Assembly (NCBI GenBank): GCA_002633005.1
Contig: NMRA01000003.1
Span: 728,696-792,695, forward strand
Direction: 5' to 3'
Source: Phoronis australis
Taxonomy: Eukaryota > Animalia > Phoronida
Length of the DNA: 64,000 nt
Shown: positions 35,601 to 48,590 of the stretch, one piece after another
Numbering within the stretch: position 1 is the stretch's first letter
How the letters are laid out: the number at the start of each line of letters is the position of its first letter
Notes under the pieces: model-generated
Told to the model about the DNA's origin: nothing
The model's input: only the letters and a program-made list of their open reading frames with translations
Databases searched by the model: none
Translations under genes and position numbers: made by a program

Positions 35601-37428
35601 TGCAGCTCCATTTTGTTTCTGTTCGACTTCGTTACCGCTGAGTCGAGTTATTATTCTAGACTTAAAACCATAACAGTTAGTGAGCTTGAATCCACCTTTA
35701 ATCAGAGTTGAAAAGAAAGTGCTGGCTGTAGTCCTGATTTCTGACCTCCGACCCTGACAGCGAGCACGCTCAGCCTCAAAGCTGTGTGTTCTGTGCAAAT
35801 GCACATTTTTAAAATTGTAAAATCTTCAACTTTCAGCCTATTTTCAAGATTCATTTATCCTTTTTAATTTGAAAAAAATTAACATATATAGTGGTTATGC
35901 TTGACAGGACTCTTTTAGGTGTTGTAATTTTGATAGTGTGTTCAGTCATTGGTCAATATTTAAAGAAATGTGATACATTTAGTTCAATAATACTTATTTA
36001 TTGTTCTATACAAATAACGGATTGTAAAGATAAGATAAAATGTTGTAATTTCTACACGACCACAGTTTCAAGTTACAAATATTTCAAATTTCAATTTTAT
36101 TATGTTTGTGGTACTTATGTTGGTAACGAGAACGAGGGTGATTGGTAACGCGATATAACTGGAATTTGAGTGCACGACTTCCGAATTATCATTCGGATTT
36201 GGAAATGAAAATGTTAGATAAAAAACTTTTATAAGGAAAATTGCTGAAATGCCCATTAACGATAATAGCACATCCAAACCAGGGCATTATTTCTTCCCCC
36301 GTTGACACGTACTTGTACGGAAGTTAAACGGCTTTCATTTTGTAGTTCACTAACGTTTTTAATGAAGCGCTGCTGTTTCAAGTGAAATTATTTAACAATG
36401 ATTGGCTAAATCAACATCAATTGACCGGAGCGATAATGTCCAGTTATCAAAACGTGAGACGCAGTTAAAATCCCTTGAGAACATTTTCATTTTCCTGGTC
36501 TATTAAATCTCATTCGGCCCGCGAAACAGTTCACCTTCAACAGAGTCAAATCGGGGTTTATGTGCTATTAGGCAAGTCAATAGACATGTCGAAACACCAT
36601 CTGGTATTGGAATTTTTTTGGAAACTTTAATACATAACGGGTCAGCAGGTTTGTTACTGTCACGAGCTATAACTTTACGTCCGTTGCCAGGCGATGCTTT
36701 GACTTCATTTTTTATTGTTTTAACGATCCCATAAAGAAAATTTTATCGGCATAAGCAGCTTTCGTGGTGCTTTAAGTAAGTTTATTCGATTACAGTTTAT
36801 TTTTATTTGGCGTTACTTTTATTTATAAAAATACGACACTTAATTTAAGGCGACAGATACAACCACCAATGTAACTTTGGTATTACACTTAAAAGTCAGA
36901 ATAACAATGTAACGTGTTCCTTCACCTATATATTTTAGTTTAACCCTTGCATAAGAGGCCTACCGTAGCAGTGTTCTGTAAATCAATCGCCTGGCTCAAG
37001 TCAATACCATTTCCTATGAACAACACTCCAAATTGTTGCTACCGAGAAAGTGAAAGACATCGTAATTTTTTGCATTGCCTTCAAGCACCTAGCGAAGTAA
37101 CAATCAAAAATCGACTGGTTATTATTTTAAAACTAGTTGACTTTTTCGTGTAAGCTCTTGGTTTGATAAGTTGTAGCTCAAAATTAACGTAATCGTATTA
37201 TTTTTTTATTCCCGCCGTAGATCATGCAAATGCAGTTCAAATGACAAACGGTTTCGATTTTATTACCATGCTAAGCTCTTGTAAGCTCATTTCTTGGTGC
37301 TAAGTACTTATTTCGTTCAAAACATGCCCTGCATCGCCTGGAATGGGTATTTAGTGATAGTCTATAATAGTATAAAGCAATACTCCACGCGCACAGATTC
37401 GCCTGCGTCAGCCTGGAGATGGCTTCTG

Positions 37429-37535
37429 ATTGGTCTATTTTGTTGTATATAAACTGGTGACTAATGATGCGGGAGACTTTCATGAGAAATACGTGCACAA
37501 AGAGACAAGGACTTTGAGTTACTCGTTAGGTAAGT
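37429..37535 (+). promoter_or_regulatory. Candidate core promoter and non-coding first exon, likely of Dmbx
   Basis: ATTGG (reverse CCAAT) at 37429, TATATAAA at 37446, consensus donor AG|GTAAGT at 37529/37530. Confidence 0.45.
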
Positions 37536-38066
37536 AAAATGTTCACTTAATTTTTGTTTTCCTCAGCACAAAAAAATTTCAACGATTTCATTTTTAGACT
37601 TACTAAATAAAAGGCTCCATTGCGTCTTTGCTGCCTTCTTGTTGATTTTTTCTCAAACTCGTCGTATGTATAATGTTCGCGGGATATCAGAGACCGCAAG
37701 CACGAGAAAAGGTTAACAAAGGCGAAAAGGTGCACCAGGGTGTGTTTTGTCAGTGAAAAACAGGAATTTATTTAACGCAATAGTTATTAGGAGTTATTAA
37801 CATAAAAATACTTCGATTTTCCTACCATATTATGTTTGAAATTTGCCTTTGGTTTCCCCGGATGTTGAACCACTTGACATAATACCTTATTCGCAAGCTC
37901 TGTTTCGCCTGGGGGATTCAGTCAGTTGATATGGTCAACATACTGAAGCATTGTAAGGTTTTCGACTCAATTTTAGATTTTTCCTTGAAAGTAATGAAAA
38001 ATAAGCATGGATATCGACCTACACTAGAATACATTAAAAAATACAAACCACCCAGCTGTCTACCAA

Positions 38067-38333
38067 GGATCTGTTTCATGAAAACTGACTAAGACTTCAG
38101 AAAGAAATTTGGCATCACTCTCCGACTTCATAATTGCTTAATACAGGTTTATCCAGGTAATTGTGAGCACATCTCTGTCTAGATATAATTTATAGGAAAC
38201 ATCTCAGCAACTAGTAGATACAGGTAGGTGAACATTCCTAGAGATTTTGTGTGAAATTAAATTGTTTTTCAGAAATTGTGTGGAGTGTAAGACCAGGTTT
38301 CCTGTCTTAAGTCATTTTTCATGAAATAGACCC
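38067..38333. mobile_element. PIF/Harbinger-like MITE
   Basis: About 28-bp TIR ggatctgtttcatgaaaactgactaagac / gtcttaagtcatttttcatgaaatagaccc; flanks caa / cag; related fragment near 2515-2570. Confidence 0.7.
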
Positions 38334-39469
38334 CAGGGCAAACTTGTCTGGCATTTAGGTAGACATTTGTGAAAACGTTAAAATCATCTCGTCCAGCACT
38401 CAATTTTGTTCTCAAATGCTTATTCTCGAGAGCAGATTAGCCCTTAACTTTTTCACACTGGAACGAGTTAGCACTATACGCTGCTCGCGTCAACCATTTT
38501 CACTGCGCCTAGCAATGAAACAGCTGATGAGGTCTCCTTCTCGGATTCGGTAAACATTGACAGGAAGAAATATATAATAAAAGCAAAAACAACAGATTTT
38601 GCTGTTTGATAGCTCTGGTCAAAGCTGATGACTTCAAGAAGCCAATCCTACCCAAAACAATCGCCCCAAATGGGTTTTTCAACCAAAACAGATTATGTCC
38701 TTTGAAACTGAAAGTTTCGCTTGTAAAACTGCACAAAACACTGAAAACTGCAGTTTAGCTGGCTGAAAACGAAAATCAAATCAGGCCTTTACATTCATAA
38801 ATTCGTCTCGCAATATTCGTCACTGAATACCTTTCTTTTTCCGCTAACAACGAGGCTGTCAAAACCGTGTTCCAACAAACTCAAGGTGTTGCTTAAGGGT
38901 TTGGTGGGGTTCACGCCAACCCTAAAATTCCGAATTCGAAACTGGCACGTCTGTGACTCGAGTTGCCGGCAGATTCGGCAACAATTCAAGATCAGATGAG
39001 CTTGGTAGTGTTCCTCAGCCCCACATCTCGGTTAAGAATTCAGCATTGACAGCTTGCCAGTGGCGAAATGGTCTCATTCGGTACTGAAATCTTATTTGTT
39101 AGTTTTTTTTTTTTCCAAAGTCGTTGTCTGATGTCTTTCGATGTGACTTTGTATGCTTAAAAAACCGCACCCACGAATAATTAGTATTCGTAGAAGTGAT
39201 GGAAAATAAGTGGTTTAAAATTTGTTCATGTGGTTGCTAAGAAACCAGAGCTAAATGTCATACTTAAGTGATGAAGAGTAACAACACATATGGACTACGA
39301 TAACCACAGACTAAAATAACTGAAGGATACAAGAAAACAATACAAATTAATGTTTTTTACGGGCTACATTCGTTTATAGCCAGTATGAAAATGAACATCA
39401 ATATAACTATAATCATTTAAATGTCATCCATTGGAATGAACTTTAGACGTGCACAAATACTAGCAACAC

Positions 39470-39470
39470 A

Positions 39471-39538
<68 letters not shown>

Positions 39539-39552
39539 ATATATATATATAT
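39470..39552. repeat. (TA)n(TG)n(TA)n compound microsatellite
   Basis: Directly visible. Confidence 0.97.
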
Positions 39553-42500
39553 CTATACTTAATAAAAAACTCTAATAAGAATGTGACCGACCTAAGACTG
39601 CTGAATAATTGAGTTTTATCCAGACTCTCCAATAAAATCAGACACGGGTATATTTGGATATTTTGGGATTATTTTTGCGGAAGCGGATTGAATTAGCATA
39701 CTTTCGTTAACTGCAATCGATACAATTAGTCAACCTAAAATTGTTATAAAACCGCCTCCCGTCAAAGAAACTAACATTTGAATGGTTTAGACCCCTCACC
39801 GCTCTAAAACTGATATCAACTCGGTGATTGCAGATTACAACGTACTGTGTGAAGGGCAAGCTTGGTTTTTATGCTCTAAAAACTAACTTACTGTTCAACT
39901 TCCTTGTTTCATTGGAGGTGATTTCTAAGTTTGGGAAGAATTGGCGAGTTCGTATTGCTCATGAGAACAGACTCATTACGTTGTTTTGTCACGGCGGGTC
40001 ATTTTATTCGCCCAATATGGTTTCGCATTTCTTGTTTCAAACAGTTTTTTGACGAAATTTGGGTTTATATAGCACCTTTAATGAAAACAGGTTTTTAAGC
40101 ATAATTATGGTGCAAAGCGGGATGGTGACGAAGTAGTATGTTAAACAAATTAAATGGATTCTAGTCATACATTACGTAATATGTAATTAAAAAGTAATAT
40201 TAGACATCGCTTGTAATCAGAGGAAAATTACAATAACACGCTAATCAGTGATAACCAATATTGTAAGGACTTAAAATATTACAAGCGCAAGGCGGCGGCG
40301 AAGAATCAGTAAACACAGAATAGAAGTGACATACAAGACACTGGTGAAGAGTGGTTGTAGACTGAACACCACCACGAGTGCACGGTTTTACAAGTGCTTG
40401 AGACACACTATATTTGTTCTACAATATCTATGACGAACACGAAAACTTATAACGAAAAATTCCGAACTATTTCTCGAACTCGTGGTACTTTGTAATGTGC
40501 ATAGCGTTACATATATCACCAGGTTACTTAAACAACACGTAGTACCGTAGTCCCACGATTTCCGACTTTTCTCGTCAGTCGTTAAGCTCAGGGTTATGGT
40601 AACATCTGAAGTAATCTCTAAATCCTACTGAACAGATTTCTAGTATCGACTCTCTGCTCTTAAAACAGACCATTCAGTTGTCCAGTGGCCATACCTAAAG
40701 TGCTGCTCTTGCCGGAAACATGACAGATCGATATCGACGTTTTGACTTCCGTAAATGCCCAAGCCGGGGAGCATTTAGGTGCAATTTTGGCTTTCAAAAA
40801 TTGATTTCGATGGAAACCGGATTAGTAACATAAACAGCAATTGTTGACTAAAATACAAATTTACTGAGTGGCCGTGGTACTTTAGCTATAAAAATAACCC
40901 ACAGCATTCATTTATTTGTTTATTCAAATATTGCAGAAGTGTGCGGGACAAATGTTTTTTCAAATCTAACTACTAGTAATTCTATCCACCAAATACAAGA
41001 CAGTGCTCTTCCCCCATCCGACCGTCCTACGCGTTCCCAGAGGTTCAAACCACCACGCAGCTGTGTTTACAAGCTTACAACGCCAATTGTTAAACACTTT
41101 CAAATCCCAGTATTAATCTTGAAAACAGGGTATTTAAAGCGTATACAAATATTGTACCCATATTCTCCTACTACCAATACATGGTTTACACAACGTATGC
41201 GAGTTTTAAATGAAGATCAATAGATTTAAAAGAAGGGTGTTTGCATACCGTTCGGATTGGGTCACCTTCAACTTTAAGTTAATTAACTGAAGAAAAGCAC
41301 ACACTTAAATCTGTGATCGGCACTTGTTCAAAAACACAGGCATCAAAGATAGTACAAAAGCCCTCCGCTAGCGACTAGTCATCACTACCACAGGTGCTCT
41401 TTGTAGGACTGTAGGTAAGTTTGTTACTTAGGTACGATATCGTCTTGTACTGTTGAAATTCTTTCTAGAGTTGGATTAGTAGCAATCACACGAATGTGTT
41501 CTTCTACCACATGAAACCAGTCAATTTAAGTTATTTTGCTTTCTTATCTTTCTGGATAGGGAACACGTAAAATCGTCAAATGTTTTAAACACGTCCATTA
41601 GCTGTCGTAGGGTTTTTTAGTTTTGTTTTTCTTTCCACTTCGCTGTCATGCGCTCTAATATTTGAGTTTTGTCATCGATTGAATAAACTAGCTTGCCATC
41701 ATTTTCTCACGTAATATGAAAAAAACTAAAAATGATGTTTCAAGCTCACACTGTAGTCCGGCTTCAAATATCGAACAGTTTCCACGTGAATAAGTGTAAT
41801 GACGTTGAAAAATTTCACACAGTGTCGAAAATCCGGCCTAAGAGATTACTTGAAGTGCTGCTAGTTTATGAATGGAACTGCTGATAGTTAGCGGCTTATC
41901 CGTGATTTGCCAGCCATATCATAAGTAGCGATTGTTTCATAGATATCCGTGGTCTACCGTGGAATTATAAAATAAATTTTCGCTTCAGTTAGTGAATCGG
42001 GTATGCGGCATAACGCTTAACCACTATCACGGCAAATGATGTCGAGCTGATTAGACATTGCGTCAAAAGGGGAGAAATGGCATAATATAATTGATTAAAT
42101 TCTCAGTTTCGGTAATTAGTTTCCGACTAAATAACCCAGTAAGGTACACATATCTGTAACAAATAACACAGTGGCGCAAAGCTTTGATTACGCAAGGTGT
42201 ATACATGAATTTTAAGCTGAAATGGAGTAGTAAGCTCATACTTAGCACTTTCCGGTTTGGATTTATTGTATATGTTCAATCAAGAACCAATATAGTAGGA
42301 ATAATCCTCAGCTTTATACGATATCATTAGATTACTGCAAGTTAATACGCGTATAAGTCGCACAAATAATCCTATTATAAAATGTTCTCAAGAGAATTTT
42401 CTTTCAAGTATGAGACTTTACCTTAAAGTACACATTGTATTATATAATGTTATGAGTTTTTGAAAATATTCCCCTGGTGAGGCAAATTCTATTCGTTGGG

Positions 42501-44386
42501 TAATGTTTGTAACTTAAGGCTCAGCAAAATTGTGTTGTGATAGATATTATCTTGCTTGTGTGTTGTAATCGGGCTGCGAAACATTTACCATGGAGAAGAA
42601 ATCTTCGACACCACTCATCGCAAGAACTCTTACCACGCACTAAGAAACCGTGGCACGAAAGTGGACTACAGCCAAATCTAGGCAAACTTAATACACACCA
42701 CTGGGTTCTATCTCTAAGTTTTTATTTCGTATGTGTTCTTTGTGCTTGACAATAGTTCTGGCGGCATGTGGTAAGGGTCCTGCGGAGTGTAGTAAGGGTC
42801 TACTTCGTGATAAGTGTTGTGGGAAACGCGGTAAAGTTTAGATTTTCACCCGAGTTGTTGAAATTAACGATTATATGGTCCAAATGAAAAATAAATGGCT
42901 TAAAATTACCACTATGTCACTCAAAATGAAAATACAAAATTTATTGAGCGTGTTTACGTACAGAGACTGCATTAGAAAATTAAAAATATTCTGGTACAAT
43001 TTCTTATAACCTGTTGCACTATCTCAGTGGCATATTGTTCACGAGACTATTTATGAATGAAGATGATTCTCGATACCTTATCTTGCCCGGTGTCTCCCGA
43101 ATGTTCGTCCTAGTCATTATCAATAATCTGTTACTGGAGTGATTTGTAAACAGGGAATATTTGAGTCACAGCTGACCTAATCAATCAGCTGATTATTTCT
43201 GTTTAGACTCAAATTCAGCCCTCTCAAATCGCAAACTATTTGCATGGAACTGGCCCGCGTGATAATTTTATGTATTTACAGCGGGCTTAATGTTGTTTGT
43301 TATCAGAAAGCTATTAGCAAGGAAGAGTAAAGTGTCAAGTTTGGCCATTTATGTATTTACTTATTATTATACTCTTTGCAATCAACGTGTCATGTAACCA
43401 TGTGGAAAGTTCACTAGTCGAATAAAATGATACGAGAATGATGTGCAGACCAGTGACAGCACGTAGAGGGTGGTTGTCACTTGGTTTTCACGAATCATTT
43501 TGCAAACAATGAGTTCAGTTCCATGTTTTGCTAAGGTGCATCAGACCAACTATTGTGATATTGTGACAGAAACGAAAAGTCAAAATCAATAAGAAACATG
43601 TTTCGGTGTTAGAGAACACTTGAAAACACAACATTTTCATGTTAACACTTTTCATAATGCAAATGTTGTGAATCACACAATTTTGTCTGTCGCTCGTTTT
43701 CCAGCAGTTGAACATTCGTTAATAAGACGCTCCTAAGATCCCTATTGGGAAGTGAATCATTGAAGAGCAAAGACTAGGAAAATAGGGTATTATATAACCA
43801 ATAGCATTACAGCAAAAAGTAACACTGATAAATGCAGTTGCATGCACGCAATTGTCCAAGTATTGTCAAAAATCAACCTCAACGATGTTTGCCCATCTTG
43901 GATCAAGTTTGCTGAACAAATTTAAAGAAACGTATGTATGCAATCAAATGAGGTGTTAAATAAACACACCTTTTGTCCAAAACTGCGAAAAATCTCAGTT
44001 AAATCCCTACAAGCGATTTCAGGTAACAAGATATTTCGATAGACAAGTTTAGAGCGGCTAAGCACAAACTCAAGCCAAAATAAATATTGACTTGCACATG
44101 CCGAGAATAAATTATAATTTAAAATCACGCAAGCTTTTTCAATTGGAGAAAACTTGTATGGGATTTTGTTGGTTGCTATCTGCTACTAAAACATCACTTT
44201 TGTCACGGGGTAATAACTGGTGAAAGCCAAATTATTGCGACAAGAATAACTAATCACGTCCAATAGAGCTGTAGTCTCACACCGTTTAAGAATGTCGGAC
44301 TATTGTTTTGTCGGGATAAAAATTAAATTGTTCTCGGCATTTACAAATTTAAACTGTTTACACGTTTACCAATTACTTGTTGTAGA

Positions 44387-44549
44387 ATGGACTGTTACAG
44401 CATGCTTCATCCGCCGCCGCCGCCGCCGCCGCCACCGTCGCACATATGGCCTGTTTTGCCTAACATGGCCCCTGGTGTGCCTTATCCGGTAACACATCCG
44501 GGATACCAAAGCCACGTGCATACTTTCACGCTGGCAGAAAGACTTGCTG
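44387..44549 (+). CDS. DMBX1: Dmbx coding exon 1
   Basis: [17 protein letters not shown]...[10 protein letters not shown]; donor G|GTAAGT; acceptor-like ttgttgtag just before the ATG. Confidence 0.88.
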
Positions 44550-47500
44550 GTAAGTTTTGAAGTGTAGGAGACTTGATCAGTTTGAATAATTACGCCAGTA
44601 GGGTGCAGAGGTTTGGTGATGTCCGGGGCGATTTTTTAGTGGAAACCCCTCTCTCTAGTCAACTACATGGACCCTATTAATAACAAAAGTAAAAAAGATG
44701 ACACATAAAGAATCTATTCAGGTTAACTACAAATCAGTAACAGTCTCAAAACTTTTATTCATAGTGATTGGATGTGGATGCCAGGGGCCTTGGCCCCGTT
44801 GGCCTCCCCTCTCTGCACGCTACAGAATTACGCACTACAGCTTTCTCACTTTGCGAAACAACAACTCGGAAACGGATTAATCACCCCGGGATTTTGGCGG
44901 TGTAAACATTCAATAACGTAATTTATAACCGTTTATAACCAAAGAGGCAAAAAGTAATCCCATGGGTGTGCACGACCAAGAAAAACAGAGTTGCATGCCA
45001 TTTTCAGTGCATACATGGACATTTTACATCGAAAATTGTAGTTACCCCCGTCCCCCTTACGACTTTTTATATCCGCCAGTGAACCCTGAAGGGTTTTTCA
45101 ATTCTTGTTTACAGACATTATACTGGAAGCCCGATTTGGAGCTCATCGAAAACAGCGCCGAAGTAGAACTGCGTTTACGAACCAGCAATTGGCAGCTTTA
45201 GAAAAAACCTTTTCAAAAACTCATTATCCAGATGTAGTAATGAGAGAAAGGCTGGCCATGATGACGAATTTACCGGAAGCACGTATTCAAGTAAGGACAT
45301 AGTGTCACTGAAGCGGGGCAAGATAGAGTTCCGTAGACGCAAGACACTTGCAAGTACAGCCAGTGTGACCACGTGCCTCGCTTGAAACGCATAGCGATGT
45401 TTCGCAAACCCTTGCGTGAGCTTACCATTTTCGCGAATTTCTTGCGTCTGAGGACTGCAGCCCTGGTCAAGGAGACTGTTTGTGTACCTTTGTTAAGACG
45501 ACAGTAAAATTAAAACTAAATTGTTATTAATTGTTCTGTTTTTCTTGAAAGATGTATTTGCAGCCAGTTTATGTATAGATCAATAAGACGGAATCAGGTG
45601 CTACAATAATTCGGTTCAATTCAGTTCTAGATGATTTGGTTTCAGGTTTGGTTTAAAAACAGACGCGCAAAATACAGAAAAAGGCAAAGAGCCACCAGAT
45701 GTGTCGACAATGAAGACGCACGTGACGACAACAGTGAATCCGAAGACACTCGAGTTCAACCAAGCAAAGAAGAGAATGTTGAATGTTCGAGCGTCTACGA
45801 AGAAGAGTTGCCGGAAAATACAAATGAATTGACAGAAACAAATGTTGGTAGGAAATACATAACGTTTTTCAAAATGAATCTCCATGAGAGGAGGTCTACC
45901 ACACAATCGGTGTCGATGGCGAGGTGGTTAGGGGTCTAAGCGTTAATGTTGATGCGTGATTTTCGAAAACAATTCGGCCACGCAACATGGTTTGCACACT
46001 GCAATATTGATAACATGTAGCCTGCGTGCGAGCGTTGCCGGTAAACGACACAACACCCTGACTAAGCGTTGGAAGATATTGCCAGAGTCGTTGTTAATGT
46101 AACAAATGAGTTAAGAATGGTTTTTGCAAGAAAAAGTCCACCCAAAATATTACTTTTCCTATAGTGACGTGTGCAGCGTGACGTCACTATTCAAGAACGT
46201 CAATCTTGTTTTGATGTTCTTCTTCAGATGCGGAAGGATGATACGTGTTATTTATCTAACCAAAACAAATAAGAAAAAAGAAACAGAGAGCATTAACTTT
46301 TTTCACAGGGGTGGATCCAAGATTTTTAAAAGGGGGGTCGGATCAACGATTTTTTTAAAAAAAGGGGTCCAAGTTAAAATTTGAAAGTTCTAGATATGAT
46401 ATCAGTAAAAGAAAAAAGGGTGGTCCGGACCCTCTTGACACCCCTGGATCCGCCTATGTTTACTTCAATTGAAAATTATTCTGTTTATGGTGTAATGAAT
46501 GCAAAAAGTGGGTGAGCCGGAAGCTATGTTGTTCATGGTGGATTACGTGCGATAATTATAGATAGAAAAATTAACCACACTGTTCAGATTACGCTCTCGT
46601 GAGCATCCATGGTTGTGTTAAAATTGCTTCTTGGTAAGGTCAGCTTTTTCAAATGCTCTGAATTGCCATGAATGTCACCTGATGTCACTCTGTATGACGC
46701 TATCATACAGGGACCACAAATGTAGAAAATATTACCAGCAAAGGCTATTCCGGAAAACCTCGGCCATTTTCGTAGCCTCAAATATCCCCTCGGAGGAGAA
46801 CGTAATTTACGTATGATGACTAGGCACATGCAAAGATAGGTCTGATGTGATGCTGTACATCTCAAATTCTTAAAACAGTTTATAAATGATGGTTTTAACA
46901 GTAATATGCTTATTATTATCAATTTCAGATTATACAAAAACACCAACACCACCAACTTTGGTCTCAGCAGCGTCACCACCAACTTTTCCCATTGTACATT
47001 TCTCACCACCAGGTGTCATGGCTAGTAAGTACCACAATAGACATGCATGTCATATTGTTTTCATATCTAGTTTTATTCGATCCAACAGTAATCCCAAAAT
47101 GCGGTTTTAAGTCATAAAACCGTTAGTTTCAAATATTCCTCAAACTAGTTAATAGCGACTACTCAGATTTTGCCTTCTGTTGATTACTTTACCCACAGTG
47201 CCTTGATTCAGCCACTCTGGTCACACGAGAGAGGTGCGAAGGATTTTATGATTTTATTCAGAGTTCAACCAATTGAGTCGGTGCACGCTTCTGAGATAGT
47301 AAATCATATGTTTGTGGAGCTAAAACAAAGTGGATCTAATCATTTTGTGCATTATGTTAATCCGTATATTATTTTGCACTACTTTCCCTACTTTCCATTT
47401 TAGTCGATCCAGCTATGTCAGGAATGGTTGGACACATTCCTCAATGCTTTTCGCCATCCCGTGGTGTCAGCGCGATGCCCAGTCAGTACAACGCTATCTA

Positions 47501-47678
47501 TCGGAAACATTTAGAACTCCACCCTGTTGTGCCGCCATTCTTGCGAACTGATACTGCATCAAACATTCGAATCAACCACGGATTCGCTGCCAATGGCAGC
47601 AGAAATTCTTTACTGGCCAACAGTATTGATAGTTTGCGCCAGAGAGCAAAACAATATGAAGCTTCGTTTCGCACATGA
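44387..47678 (+). CDS. DMBX1: Diencephalon/mesencephalon homeobox (Dmbx) K50 PRD-class transcription factor, 303 aa
   Basis: Exons 44387-44549, 45115-45290, 45646-45847, 46929-47024 and 47404-47678 join in phase; diagnostic [16 protein letters not shown] motif; homeodomain QRRSRTAFT...[12 protein letters not shown]...[14 protein letters not shown]; C-terminal OAR motif [12 protein letters not shown]. Confidence 0.95.
44596..44825. mobile_element. hAT-like MITE in Dmbx intron
   Basis: Perfect 8-bp TSD AATTACGC (44588-44595, 44826-44833); TIR cagtagggtgcagag / ctctgcacgctacag. Confidence 0.85.
45115..45290 (+). CDS. DMBX1: Dmbx coding exon 2 (homeodomain N-terminal part)
   Basis: [20 protein letters not shown]...EARIQ|gtaagg. 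Confidence 0.96.
45646..45847 (+). CDS. DMBX1: Dmbx coding exon 3 (helix 3 and acidic linker)
   Basis: ttcag|[15 protein letters not shown]...; donor G|GTAGGA. Confidence 0.92.
46304..46458. mobile_element. Short GGATCC-type MITE in Dmbx intron
   Basis: Terminal inverted match cacaggggtggatcca / tggatccgcctatg; TSD not resolved. Confidence 0.55.
46929..47024 (+). CDS. DMBX1: Dmbx coding exon 4 (Pro/Thr-rich)
   Basis: tttcag|..[31 protein letters not shown]|GTAAGT; symmetric phase 1, 96 nt. Confidence 0.75.
47404..47678 (+). CDS. DMBX1: Dmbx terminal exon with OAR motif
   Basis: ccattttag acceptor; ...[22 protein letters not shown]. Confidence 0.9.
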
Positions 47679-48079
47679 GGCCGCACCATGAGGGGAAGCA
47701 GTCGACTTAACAGCTCGTGGATTTATACACCAGAGTATTGTTTTGCATTCAGTTTCATTTTCCATGTAAGGACATGCCAAGTAACACAATTCTTAAAGTT
47801 CACATGATGAAAACTTGTAAATAAATGAACAAACAGCAATGTGTTAACGCTCGTTTTCTTATAGTTTTGATACCTGTTAGCGTACGCATGTGCAGTGGCA
47901 ACACCCTGTTGTGACACGTCACACTCGGCTCATATTGTCTCCCGGCCGACATTGCCTATCGAGTGCGACAAACATATATCACAACACATCCATATAATCA
48001 GGAAGCTCCAAAACACCCGAGTTCCGTCGATGAAAGTATTAGTAACTTTTAATTTGGAACACTTACCGCTCAAAAATTG

Positions 48080-48590
48080 GTCTTAGCTTGTTCTTTACTT
48101 AGATGACAAAGTTCGTTATGATGCATATTGACCAATCGCAAGTTCCCGCGCCCACTTGCGAACTGTAGACAAACAAATAATGTTTGTCGGGTAAAATGGT
48201 AGCTTGGAATCGAAGGTGTGTCAAGAATGTTGCGTTCTGATTGGTCACTTAAGCCGTCACTCAAAGTCCTGGCGTGCGTTCAGTAGACGCTAGGACCTAC
48301 GCTAGGACCTAGCCAAAAGCTAGTCAAGGTCACGTGCTCTTATTTAAAATACACGGCAATATCTCGCGTAATCTCGCAAAGTCTTGCTTTTAAGCTAGGT
48401 CCTAGCGTTACTGAACGGGAGGCTGGCGATAGGTCAGTTGCTAGGCACGCACCACGCTCTTTGAATAGAACGACACGACGTGCAAAGTAAACTTGTAGTT
48501 CATTCCAAGTCCATAGATTACTTTTTGTTTTTGACTGAGTAACAATTTGAGATCAATTTCACAATGGTAAGTGGTCTAAATCAAAACTTG
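48080..48590. repeat. Interspersed repeat, copy 2, interrupted by a MITE
   Basis: Alignable to about 11420-11890; boundaries approximate. Confidence 0.65.
48272..48422. mobile_element. 151-bp Harbinger-like MITE nested in the repeat
   Basis: TIR cgttcagta(g)acgctaggacct / aggtcctagcgttactgaacg; duplicated CTG(GCG) flanks; absent from the paralogous copy at about 11690. Confidence 0.75.

Noticed and set aside
39417-39632. HT-repeat and CV-repeat ORFs
   Set aside because: Translation of a (TG)n microsatellite
46229-46384. Extra Dmbx exon after ttcttcag
   Set aside because: Stop codon after a few codons in the required phase
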